Shown here: positions 1 to 9,440 of the stretch, in pieces | How the letters are laid out: every line of letters begins with the position of its first letter | Numbering within the stretch: position 1 is the first letter of the stretch | Assembly (NCBI GenBank): GCA_051532055.1 | Contig: JAOPTX010000007.1 | Coordinates: 96,001 to 160,000, forward strand | DNA from: Fibrobacterales bacterium | Lineage (GTDB): Bacteria; Fibrobacterota; Fibrobacteria; Fibrobacterales; JAOPTW01 | Length of the DNA stretch: 64,000 nucleotides | Direction: 5' to 3' | Position numbers and translations under genes: made by a program | The notes under the pieces: model-generated | Told to the model about the DNA's origin: nothing | What the model saw: the letters and a program-made list of their open reading frames with translations, nothing else | The model's database searches: none

Positions 1-1
1 G

Positions 2-94
2 AAGTTCTATCACGACCTCTTTACCCAGTTCACCTGAGCCAAGCATCATAACTTTAGTTGCCGATTTTGAGAGAGGAGTTCCAAGAGTGAGCAT
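2..94 (-). CDS. purT: Formate-dependent phosphoribosylglycinamide formyltransferase, 5' end only (continues beyond window start)
   Basis: Manual translation of the minus strand from ATG at 94 gives [31 protein letters not shown], the characteristic PurT N-terminus. TAAGG RBS just upstream. Confidence 0.9.
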   Translation of the reverse strand, partial: MLTLGTPLSKSATKVMMLGSGELGKEVVIEL

Positions 95-309
95 TGCGTA
101 CCTTATACAGTTGATAAATTGTGACTTAAAATATAGGAAATTTTTTCTTCTGCACTATTAGTTGATACACTGTTTTATCGAGATCCTTTATACCGCCTTA
201 GCCTACAAATCGTGAAAATGATTCAATATTTGTTTAATTCACCGGTTATCATACTGAAATAATTCAAAAAGTGATACATTATAGCCATATAACAAACCGC
301 TAAAAGAAT

Positions 310-1521
310 ATGGAACTCTCAATATCAAAAACTGAACTCTGGGAACAGATTTGCAATGAGTACGACATAGCCCATAGCCCCCTGAAGGCGATACTCGAAG
401 AGAAGATGATCACCATCAAAAATATTCTCCGGAACAATGGCATTAAATGCATCGGTAAATACCGTGTAAAGAATCGTGAGAGCTATTTTTCTAAACTGCA
501 GAAAATCTATGACAATAAAGAGACAGTCCTCCTTTCAGATCTTCTCGGTATAAGAATAGTGGTTCACTTTATGGAAGACGTTTCACATGTGGTCAGTCTT
601 ATTTCAAAGCAATTCGAAGTCATAGAAACAGAGGTGAAAAGTGACCAACTTTCCTTTAGAGAATTCTCTTACGACTCAACTCACCTCCTTATTACTCTGC
701 CCGATACATCGCTCCCCTTTATAACAGGGAACCAACGAGTCATTGAAATCCAGGTTCGCACCACCCTGCAAGACGCCTGGGCGGAGGTTGAACATGAACT
801 CATTTATAAAAGTAATATTCACTATCCCAATAAAATGATCAAACGTAAAATGGCATCACTCAATGCGTCCCTCACCCTCTCTGATATTATTTTTCAAGAG
901 ATACGAGACTATCAAAATAACTTAATGGAAAATAAGGAATCTCGTACACAGCTGATGCACGAAAAGGCATCACTCCTCAGCAAAGAAGATTTTAATATTC
1001 AAACCAAGAAAGATGACAACCTGCCGAGACCGAATAAAAAAAATAATAAAAATAAAGAGTCGATTATTCATGAAGCACTTCGTTGCCATAGTGCTGGAGA
1101 TTACGAGCAATCCATAGCGCTCTACACAAAAGCCCTTGAACAAGATCTTGATGAGTCAACCATGTCCATAATCTACAACCATAGAGGAATGGCCTCCTTT
1201 ATGGAAGCAGAATATACCCTTGCCTTTAATGATTTCTCATTCTCTCTTGCCCACAATCCAGAAAACCACCGTACTTATACCAACAGAGGAATTATTCACA
1301 AACTTTTTAAACGGTATAATGAAGCCATACAAGATTTTTTAGCATCACTTGAACTCAACCACAATCAACCAGAAGTACTTCTCCACCTTGCTAAAACCTA
1401 TCTTGATGATGATCAGCTAACCAATGCTCTTTCAACGGTAAATCGCGCCCAAAGCCTTGACCCTGAACTCGATGAAGTGCACCTCCTCCATCAACGCATA
1501 TCCAAAAAGTTAATTACCTAA
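310..1521 (+). CDS. RelA/SpoT-domain (p)ppGpp synthetase-like protein (small alarmone synthetase type) fused to C-terminal TPR repeats
   Basis: RVK..S, DLLGIRIV, YDSTH and EIQVRT..QDAWAEVEH..IYK motifs. C-terminal TPR pattern (IYNHRG, YTNRG, LELNHNQ). No HD hydrolase domain. Confidence 0.85.
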   Translation: MELSISKTELWEQICNEYDIAHSPLKAILEEKMITIKNILRNNGIKCIGKYRVKNRESYFSKLQKIYDNKETVLLSDLLGIRIVVHFMEDVSHVVSLISKQFEVIETEVKSDQLSFREFSYDSTHLLITLPDTSLPFITGNQRVIEIQVRTTLQDAWAEVEHELIYKSNIHYPNKMIKRKMASLNASLTLSDIIFQEIRDYQNNLMENKESRTQLMHEKASLLSKEDFNIQTKKDDNLPRPNKKNNKNKESIIHEALRCHSAGDYEQSIALYTKALEQDLDESTMSIIYNHRGMASFMEAEYTLAFNDFSFSLAHNPENHRTYTNRGIIHKLFKRYNEAIQDFLASLELNHNQPEVLLHLAKTYLDDDQLTNALSTVNRAQSLDPELDEVHLLHQRISKKLIT

Positions 1522-1667
1522 CAAGTATTCCAATTGCTCAAAAAATAAAACCCTTAACTAAACCTCAAAATTACAGACTGTTAACTATACAGGTTTGACA
1601 TTTCATACACTCTAGCCTCACTTATCTTAAGTTTGTTCGTATACTCTAGAAATATAAGGAGAGAGAT

Positions 1668-2111
1668 ATGAAAAACATTTTTTTGACAAGCGCCTTAGGG
1701 TTGCTTTTTTTAGGGTGCAGCAGCAATGGACCTATTCAAGCTCCATCAGCTAAAACTCTTACTCAGGGTATTCTGACACCGTGCCCCAGTAGCCCTAATT
1801 GCGTGGGGAGCTTTGAAGCCCAAACTAATGAACACTACATTACCCCATTTTTCACAACACATACACCAGATCAAGCAATCACAAATCTTAAATCTATAAT
1901 TGAAACACAATCAAGAACTACAATAGCTCAATCGACCAGTAACTATATTCATGCCACATACACTTCACTTCTGCTACGATTTGTTGATGACGTAGAGTTC
2001 CTGGTAGTAAATGATACCATTCATATTCGATCGGCATCACGCACTGGTTATTCTGATCTCGGGGTTAACCGAGAACGCCTTGAACATATACGCACACTGT
2101 TAAACCCCTAA
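1668..2111 (+). CDS. DUF1499-family lipoprotein
   Basis: Lipobox FLGC; CPSSPNCV, FVDDVEF and IRSASRTGYSDLGVNRER motifs; AGGAG RBS. Confidence 0.85.
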   Translation: MKNIFLTSALGLLFLGCSSNGPIQAPSAKTLTQGILTPCPSSPNCVGSFEAQTNEHYITPFFTTHTPDQAITNLKSIIETQSRTTIAQSTSNYIHATYTSLLLRFVDDVEFLVVNDTIHIRSASRTGYSDLGVNRERLEHIRTLLNP

Positions 2112-2126
2112 TATTACAGAGGCCAT

Positions 2127-2759
2127 TCAAATATGCTCTACTACTTCTTCGAAAGGAAATCTTGATTTTTTGAGTCGCGATGGGTTTGTTTCATCATCTG
2201 CGTGAGGATACCCAATTGCAAGTACTACAGTAGCTTTATACTCAGTACCTATTCCAAGAACCTTATTCATTTGCCCTTTTCGAATTCCCTCCATAGGGAG
2301 CGAACCAACACCAAGAGTTGCACAGGTAGCCATAACATAACCAAACGCAAGATACAGTTGATTGCGGACCCACGATTTACCACCGAGCGCCTTAGACATT
2401 AACCAGAAAAAGCCAGCAAGCTTACTTGGGGAAATTCCACGACGCTCCATCATTATTTGAAACATCTCAGTTACTGCTACCACACGCTTAATGTGTGCGA
2501 AGGACGCTTTTTTTTGGGCAAAAACTAATAGATGCGAGCACTCTTCGATTCTCTTACCATTAGTATCCCGACCTGCGGCCGCCAACTCCTGTTTCATTTC
2601 AGGATTATCTACAACAAAAAGTTTCCACGCCTGTAGGTTAATAGATGAAGGCGCAAGATGAAATGATTTTTTAATAATCTCAAGATCTACCTCATTGACT
2701 TTTTTATCGGTATCAAATTTTTTAACACTATATCGTGACTGTAACTGATCAAGGGTCAT
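2127..2759 (-). CDS. Nitroreductase-family NAD(P)H-dependent flavoprotein
   Basis: RYSVKKF, APSSINLQAW, PMEG, LAIGY and KSR motifs. Confidence 0.88.
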   Translation of the reverse strand: MTLDQLQSRYSVKKFDTDKKVNEVDLEIIKKSFHLAPSSINLQAWKLFVVDNPEMKQELAAAGRDTNGKRIEECSHLLVFAQKKASFAHIKRVVAVTEMFQIMMERRGISPSKLAGFFWLMSKALGGKSWVRNQLYLAFGYVMATCATLGVGSLPMEGIRKGQMNKVLGIGTEYKATVVLAIGYPHADDETNPSRLKKSRFPFEEVVEHI

Positions 2760-2958
2760 CTATCGCTCCATACTCTTTTTTATAGATACAGAAATAGTTT
2801 TTTATCTACCAATCACCTATGTTCTTTCGCACTTTATTACACCCTATCGTGCATCATTTCAATTTTATACAATACTAGAGTGACAGATAATACTCGGCAG
2901 TTATCTACTGTGCTAATTCTTTATTGTTGAAAATGAAATTTAAACGTATCTTCTTACT

Positions 2959-3216
2959 ATGAATCAAAAATATGTTACCGCAATTGGTTGGACCGCCTCA
3001 CTTATGGCGATCACTATGTACTTCTCTCACATTGATCAAATACTGCTCAATCTCGATGGCCAAAAGGGGTCAATACTACTCCCCGCAGTTACTACCTTAA
3101 ATGCTTTTTTCTGGACGCTCTATGGGACATTTAAAGAGAAAAAAGATTGGCCAATTATCGTTTGTAATTGCCCAGGGATTATTCTTGGAATAATCTCTAC
3201 ATTTACTTCATTATAG
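2959..3216 (+). CDS. SemiSWEET-family sugar transporter
   Basis: 85 aa with three hydrophobic helices; MYFS.IDQI, W.LYG and KDWPIIV.N.PG motifs. Confidence 0.8.
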   Translation: MNQKYVTAIGWTASLMAITMYFSHIDQILLNLDGQKGSILLPAVTTLNAFFWTLYGTFKEKKDWPIIVCNCPGIILGIISTFTSL

Positions 3217-3253
3217 TTCAGCTCAATTCTATTACTAATAGAATTGAGCTGAA
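3217..3253. repeat. Perfect 18-bp inverted repeat between convergent genes
   Basis: TTCAGCTCAATTCTATTA-C-TAATAGAATTGAGCTGAA, starting immediately after the SemiSWEET stop codon. Confidence 0.8.
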
Positions 3254-3287
3254 TTCATTAAGAGATAAAGACTATAGAGACAAGCTA

Positions 3288-4001
3288 CTAGTCCTCTGAA
3301 ATTTTTAAGCTGTAATCACTGTATCCGTCAGCTCTAACAACAAGATAGTATGTTTCATCTTCCTCTAAATCTTCCACTGTACAAGGAAAGCTATCACAGG
3401 TAGATCTGAATCCCCTTGATACATTTGTTTGTAAGCTCAATTCAATATCACCCTTATAATTGTTATTGAGTTCTATTTCATAGTCTCCACCTTTCTCAGC
3501 GACAAAACTGAAATACCCCGATTCATCTCCTGAATTCCCATTCATTTCAGTGTCTTCTTCCAACTCAATAGGTTCTTCAGCACTTCCACTCCCAACGTCA
3601 TCATTATGCTTGACCATGAATACAACTTTCACTCCAGATGAACCATTATAACTAGCCTTGAAATTGACTACTTCATTTTTATCCACATCTTTTACATCAC
3701 AACCACCAGACATTGAGAAGAAACACATACGGCCACCCACCGTGATCATAAAACTCTTTGCAGTACTCGGAAGGTCACTCATTAAATAAATAGTATAGTC
3801 TCCACTTTGTGGCGCACCAAAATGATATGACCTATTTACCGTAGGAAGCACCGGTTCATTGTAGGCCTCATTTACTTTGACTCGGTTCCCATCACCACCA
3901 TCAAGGGGCCCATCATCTTCAGCATTAGTAATTTTACAGTTTGATAATGAAATTATCATTAAAGAAAGAATCGATACATACTTACAGAGTCTAAAATTCA
4001 T
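3288..4001 (-). CDS. Hypothetical lipoprotein with two PPC-like beta-sandwich repeats
   Basis: Probable ATG start at 4001 (ORF track starts at 4013). Lipobox LSNC. Internal repeat YHFGAPQSGDYTIYL / YFSFVAEKGGDYEIEL, each followed by a Cys pair. Confidence 0.55.
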   Translation of the reverse strand: MNFRLCKYVSILSLMIISLSNCKITNAEDDGPLDGGDGNRVKVNEAYNEPVLPTVNRSYHFGAPQSGDYTIYLMSDLPSTAKSFMITVGGRMCFFSMSGGCDVKDVDKNEVVNFKASYNGSSGVKVVFMVKHNDDVGSGSAEEPIELEEDTEMNGNSGDESGYFSFVAEKGGDYEIELNNNYKGDIELSLQTNVSRGFRSTCDSFPCTVEDLEEDETYYLVVRADGYSDYSLKISED

Positions 4002-4103
4002 ATTTGTTCCCAATTAAAAAAGAACAATAATAAAAAAGTTTTCCCACAAAACAATGTTTACCCAGGGTAAGCAATTTGACATGATGAACTACGCCCTCAC
4101 GCT

Positions 4104-5258
4104 TTATTTATCCAAGTAAATCCCATCTATTAAAAAAGTACCCGAATCTACATTCTCCTGCCGAGCCTCCCAGACAATCAAAAGCTGAGTAACCCACTGT
4201 AACGACTCCTCACTCGCCGTTTTTCCATCTAACCAATCATTCACTGGACCTGTTTGGAAAAGAGTCCACTCTATCGTTGGCCCAAACGGATCACTGCAGA
4301 CCATTGAATCTATCACATCTGAGGCCAAACAAACTTTATGACTATATGCGCCACTCCCTTTTGAAAGATACTGAATATTTTTTATTTCTCTCAAATCTAA
4401 TGGAGTACTGTACGCCTCTGTCGATAGATACAAACCCATGCCCGCAAAAGCATTGCTATCGGTAAAAGTCAGTGAATACCCCATGCTCTTATTTTGTGAT
4501 ACCGTATCAGTAAAGAGAAAACCCTCTGTACCATTCAAATAATCAAGACTGGCAGAGCCACCATTACTCTTATCCGTAAAATGCCACCATGCGGATCCCC
4601 ATGGGTTCTTCTCGGATTTCAAGTCATGCTCAAAATCATCAATGCGATTTAACCCTTCATCAAAAAATTCATATCGCTCATCGTACTCGATCTTCACAGT
4701 ATCCTCTTCCAATTCTATAGTATCTTTCATATAAAAAACTCTATCAATCCCCTTTCCTAAACCCTCAGAAAACACTAGTACTTCATAACGCCCCTGTGGT
4801 AAATCATTCAACACCCCTTCACCATCTTCAAGAATTTCATAATACGGCAAGCCTGCTACTTGAAAATAGACAATAGCCGAATCAGGAAGTGGCTCAATAG
4901 TAATGGCTATAGAGCTACTCAAATCAAGAATAAAGTTTTGCCCATTTTCAGCATCAACTCGATCTTCTGAATAAACCCACCCCGACTCGCCATTAGACGC
5001 CCGAGCAAAAACCTCATAGGAACCATCTGGAATCACCTCAAAGAAAAACTCTCCACTCAAGTTCGTTACCACACTATCAATAATTACACCATATTCATTG
5101 AGAAGATAGACCGAAGTATTGATAGCATCTGACTCATCCGACAACAGGAGTTTCCCCGCGACACCACTCGGCACATCATCAGAAAATACCTGTGTCGACT
5201 CCTGAATACGACTACACGCCCCCAAAAGAAGAAGTAATACTATACCCCACCATTTCAT
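4104..5258 (-). CDS. Lipoprotein with carboxypeptidase-regulatory-like (prealbumin-fold) domain and C-terminal CBM11/CIA30-like domain
   Basis: Lipobox LGAC; DSVVTN.SGEFFF....G.YEV; IDDFE..WWHFTD..NGG.A...FAGMG...IDGIYL. Paralog of 28100-29290. Confidence 0.65.
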   Translation of the reverse strand: MKWWGIVLLLLLGACSRIQESTQVFSDDVPSGVAGKLLLSDESDAINTSVYLLNEYGVIIDSVVTNLSGEFFFEVIPDGSYEVFARASNGESGWVYSEDRVDAENGQNFILDLSSSIAITIEPLPDSAIVYFQVAGLPYYEILEDGEGVLNDLPQGRYEVLVFSEGLGKGIDRVFYMKDTIELEEDTVKIEYDERYEFFDEGLNRIDDFEHDLKSEKNPWGSAWWHFTDKSNGGSASLDYLNGTEGFLFTDTVSQNKSMGYSLTFTDSNAFAGMGLYLSTEAYSTPLDLREIKNIQYLSKGSGAYSHKVCLASDVIDSMVCSDPFGPTIEWTLFQTGPVNDWLDGKTASEESLQWVTQLLIVWEARQENVDSGTFLIDGIYLDK

Positions 5259-5535
5259 AGATTCTCCAAATCAAACTTTTGATACATACCCAAAACGGGT
5301 TTTTCTACCCCACCCCGTTTTAACCTTCTATACCCCTATTGTACCAACACTTGTGTATACTCTGCAACATATTTGAGGAAAAACATATAGTTTTTTGAGT
5401 CAGGGCCCTCAGGCAGCCAAACAATAAGTATTTACTCAATTTGTCACTCTTACTCGATAGAGGATAATATATATTGTAGGCAACCATACATACAACTCTC
5501 GACTTATACACCACAGCCAACCCTTGGAGTAGATA

Positions 5536-6855
5536 TTGGTTTCTCTTTTTAAAGCACCCCTGCGAACAACTCTCACCATTCTTACCCTCTCTTGCACCAT
5601 TTGTGCCAGTGAGATTGGCTCACTCAATTTCGATAAAAACCCAACAGGGATAGAGTTTATTAAAGACTCTTTTGACGAGTATGGTTTTAGTGTCCCTTGG
5701 GTTAATGGCTTTGATCAGTCACGGGCACTCACTGACTCACTCTCCTATTCCAAACCCAATGCATTAAAAGTGAGTTATCCCGCTGGCGGTGTTGGCAATA
5801 GCGAGACCGGCGCACAAGCTCGTTTACTTTTTACTCCAATCCAGGAGGTCTGGTCACAGTACCGCCTCTACTTTAGTAATAATTTTGATTGGGGTGGAAC
5901 AAGCGAAGGCGGAAAGCTCCCAGGAATTGCCTCGGGGGCAACCTGTAGTGGAGGAAAAACATGCGACGGAACTAACGGATTTTCTGCACGCCTAATGTGG
6001 CGCAGTGGTGGGCGGGCAGTCCTCTATCTCTATCATATGGACAAACCTGAAACTTATGGAGAAGATCATCAACTCTATTTTTCATCAAACAATGAAGTAG
6101 TATTCAACCCGGGCGAGTGGTACACCATCACTGAACGAGTCCTTATAAATACCGGCAACAATAATGATGGAGAAGTTGAAGTATGGATCAATGGTGAACA
6201 CACCCTAAAACGAACCGGCGTTCAATTTGTCTCTAACGGAGACCTCATAGACACCTTCTATTTTTCTACTTTCCATGGAGGCAGCGGAGATCACTGGGCA
6301 CCGAGTGTGGATTGCTTTATTTGGTTTGATGATATCATCATCTCTTCAAGCCCCATACGACTCGACGGCACTATACTCAGTAGTTCATCCCCGTTCGTAT
6401 CATCTTCCGCGACTCTTTCATCGTCATCCTCACTAAACACCATGAGTAGTTCGTTATCATCAGGGCACAAAGAAAGCTCACAACTTGCAGTGAGTAGCAC
6501 AGAATCCTCTTTAAGTAATACAGAAATTTCATCATCAAAAGAACATACCTCAATTGAGTCTTCATATACCCCGAAACCAAGTTCATCATCAAACCTATTT
6601 GTTTCAGAGGAAAGCTCTACCCCCATTGAACCCTCTAGTAATACTGAAACTATGGCAATCTATGGGCCCCAATTTTTAACACCCCCTAATAATCAGCCTA
6701 TCACCATTTACTCTATCCAGGGTGAACAGATGCTTATCACTACAGCAACCTCGATTTTGAATAATACTATATCACTTCCACCAGGGATTTATGTTGTACA
6801 AAATACAGGTAAAAACAGAAAAGAGCGCGCCCTTATAACTATCCTCACCCATTAA
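5536..6855 (+). CDS. Secreted polysaccharide lyase family 14-like protein with Ser-rich linker and C-terminal sorting-like domain
   Basis: FDWG...GGKLPG, GFSARLMWR, LYLYH and FSTFHGG motifs typical of PL14; poly-Ser linker; tail IYSIQGE..LPPGIYVV. Confidence 0.8.
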   Translation: MVSLFKAPLRTTLTILTLSCTICASEIGSLNFDKNPTGIEFIKDSFDEYGFSVPWVNGFDQSRALTDSLSYSKPNALKVSYPAGGVGNSETGAQARLLFTPIQEVWSQYRLYFSNNFDWGGTSEGGKLPGIASGATCSGGKTCDGTNGFSARLMWRSGGRAVLYLYHMDKPETYGEDHQLYFSSNNEVVFNPGEWYTITERVLINTGNNNDGEVEVWINGEHTLKRTGVQFVSNGDLIDTFYFSTFHGGSGDHWAPSVDCFIWFDDIIISSSPIRLDGTILSSSSPFVSSSATLSSSSSLNTMSSSLSSGHKESSQLAVSSTESSLSNTEISSSKEHTSIESSYTPKPSSSSNLFVSEESSTPIEPSSNTETMAIYGPQFLTPPNNQPITIYSIQGEQMLITTATSILNNTISLPPGIYVVQNTGKNRKERALITILTH

Positions 6856-7202
6856 GGAGTATGGACATTTTTACCAACCCCTTATAGCGGCAATACAACA
6901 TCACCAGCGAAGACTTTTAATATCAACTTCAAATACCCCTAAAAAAACCAATATTTGATCATTTAGGCCAATAACCCATATTTTGTTGACATTTTAAGCA
7001 TATTTGTGGACAAAAATAATGTAAAAAAATGCAAACATTGTCCCTTTTCAGCTTTTTATCTAGGAAGAACAGAACTCTTTTGTTTACATTTAAAACTGGG
7101 ATACGATACCTCATAAGTAGAAGGTATTATTAATTGAATAGATACATGAGGAGCGGCTTCTTCTAGCTTTCAGCACCTCTGTATTGAACATCACGAGGGA
7201 CT

Positions 7203-9350
7203 ATGAGATTACTTACTAAAGTAACTGGTATGGCTATAGCTATACTCTTTTCGAGCGCAACCATGACACAAGCAGCAGAGCTCGATCCTATATTTTGGCA
7301 ACCAAAAGATCATATAATGCTCCCAAAATGGGCATATGGATACTGGCAAGTGGGCTTTGCACCCGTACCTGCAGACAACGCAGCAGAGGTTCTCCAACTC
7401 GCTCAAGAACATCGAGACAGCGAACATCCTGGCGACGTATGGATTCTGGATCTCGGATCATGGAACTGTACACCTGTCGGATCAGAAGGCTGGGCATCAG
7501 AGGATTGGTGTGCTGGCAAATTTGATGACCCTGCTGATTTTATCAAAAAAATGAATGATATGAACTGGCACATTGGCATTAATTACCACCCTTGGGGCCA
7601 CCAGGACTCAGACCCTAAACAAGAATATATTAACACACTTCTCAGAGATGCCGAGTATGGTTCTGAAATCCCTTGGATCGACATCCGATCAAATGACCCC
7701 ATTTGGTGGATGTGGGATGCCACCGCTGAATTCTGGAAAAACAACGGCAATAAGCGCAATATGATGCTGAATTATCTAGGAAGCTTTACTTATGGCGACC
7801 TTGAACAAGATCACGACTGGAACCTCGACAAAGATGCAGCATTCCCAACCTACTGGACCGGAGACACTGAACCCAGTTGGAGAAATTTTAATGACCAAGT
7901 AAAACGCATTACCCACGATGGCGCATGGGATGGGCTCTATACTCTTCATATGGATACCCCGGGTCACTTTTTCTTAGACATGAAAGAGTATCCTGAACTC
8001 ACTGCGCGCACCGTACTCTTTTCTGACTGGTCACCGCTCGTACAACAACATGGCCAAGGTGGACGACTTGTTAAACAAGCAACTCCAGAAGTACAAGAGA
8101 TTATGATTAAGTCTCGTAAACTCAGGTATCGCCTTATGCCATACATCTATACTCTAAACTGGGAGATGTGGGCAAAAGCACTTCCTATCACTCGCCCCAT
8201 GGATATGATGTTCCCTAATGACAACAGTGTCAATGAAGATTATCAACAATATATGTTTGGTAACAACTTTCTCGTAGCTCCTGTTATTTCGGATCGTCAC
8301 GACCATGATGAAAAGGCTAAAGATTTTGGCGCTTCGACAATGGAAATTACTCTCCCTAAAGATGAAGATTGGATTGATTACTGGAGCCATGAAGAACATG
8401 CTGGCGGAACAACTCTCGACTACGACGTAACCGATTGGGGTAAAATCCCAGTATTTGTAGTAAAAGGCTCAATCATCCCAATGGGGCCAACTATTAAATG
8501 GATTGAACCTTCAGAGCACCCCGATCCATTAACTCTCGATATCTTCCCTGCCAATAATGGTGAAAAAGCAACATACACCCTCTATGATGACGATGGCGAG
8601 ACACTTGAATATAAAAACGACAAAGGGGCAACAACTACTTTTACCGCAGCAACAACAGACAAAGCAATTACTTTCACTGTTGATGCAGCCGATGGTAATT
8701 ATACAGGCAGACCTGCAGATCAAGGGTACATTGTAAAAATCAATCTTCAAAGTGTTAAAGCTGCTGACGTATATGTGAACGGCGAAGAAGTCAGTGAAAC
8801 GTCTTCTGTCTCTGATATCCTTGATGGCAAAACAGAAAACGGTTGGGCATTTGATACTGATAAAAAAATCGCTTATGTTGCATTTAGAGCATCAACAGAT
8901 GAGCAATCAACGGTAGTATACAGTATCGAAGGCGGCCTCCCTGTAGAAGAACTCAGCTCTGAGTCAACACCATCTTCTAACGAAATGAGTTCATCTGAAA
9001 ATGACGAATCAAGTTCTCAAGCTCAAGACCCAATTTCGAGTAGCGATGATGATGATGAAGATACAGAGTCAAGCTCTGAAAAAGAGAGTTCAGAGGAGTC
9101 ATCATTGCAAGAATCAAGTGTTGATACTGCACCACTTACATGGACGAGTGCACGGGGTGTAACCGCAAGTTTTGTCCCTGTAGCACACATTCAAGATATA
9201 CCACTGAGCATTGACGTCCCTCAAGGCACAACAATGATTACTGTATATAGTGTCACTGGAGAAATAGTACTCCAGTCTTCTGTTAAAGAGGCATCGAGAA
9301 ACACTCTTCCTCAGTCACTTCCTCATGGAATGCTTTTCATTAAATACTAG
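7203..9350 (+). CDS. Secreted glycoside hydrolase family 31 with DUF5110-like domain, Ser/acidic linker and C-terminal tail
   Basis: PKWAYGYWQ, WID (nucleophile), YWTGD (acid/base), RYRLMPYIYT, QYMFG..FLVAP and LYDDDGET motifs; signal peptide; GAGGG RBS. Confidence 0.82.
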   Translation: MRLLTKVTGMAIAILFSSATMTQAAELDPIFWQPKDHIMLPKWAYGYWQVGFAPVPADNAAEVLQLAQEHRDSEHPGDVWILDLGSWNCTPVGSEGWASEDWCAGKFDDPADFIKKMNDMNWHIGINYHPWGHQDSDPKQEYINTLLRDAEYGSEIPWIDIRSNDPIWWMWDATAEFWKNNGNKRNMMLNYLGSFTYGDLEQDHDWNLDKDAAFPTYWTGDTEPSWRNFNDQVKRITHDGAWDGLYTLHMDTPGHFFLDMKEYPELTARTVLFSDWSPLVQQHGQGGRLVKQATPEVQEIMIKSRKLRYRLMPYIYTLNWEMWAKALPITRPMDMMFPNDNSVNEDYQQYMFGNNFLVAPVISDRHDHDEKAKDFGASTMEITLPKDEDWIDYWSHEEHAGGTTLDYDVTDWGKIPVFVVKGSIIPMGPTIKWIEPSEHPDPLTLDIFPANNGEKATYTLYDDDGETLEYKNDKGATTTFTAATTDKAITFTVDAADGNYTGRPADQGYIVKINLQSVKAADVYVNGEEVSETSSVSDILDGKTENGWAFDTDKKIAYVAFRASTDEQSTVVYSIEGGLPVEELSSESTPSSNEMSSSENDESSSQAQDPISSSDDDDEDTESSSEKESSEESSLQESSVDTAPLTWTSARGVTASFVPVAHIQDIPLSIDVPQGTTMITVYSVTGEIVLQSSVKEASRNTLPQSLPHGMLFIKY

Positions 9351-9369
9351 AGACATCCCTTAACTACTC

Positions 9370-9401
9370 ATAATTGAAATAGCGCCCTCTATTTCAATTA
9401 T
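9370..9401. repeat. 13-bp inverted repeat, followed by a second hairpin with T-tract at about 9403-9438; probable terminators between convergent genes
   Basis: ATAATTGAAATAG-CGCCCT-CTATTTCAATTAT. Confidence 0.6.
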
Positions 9402-9440
9402 TACCCTTCCTGCCTCACGGCTTGAAGGGTTTCTTTTTAC

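Noticed and set aside
6856..7202. Riboswitch or ncRNA in the long leader of the GH31 gene
   Set aside because: No recognisable riboswitch consensus by eye; an Rfam search would be needed to exclude it fully.
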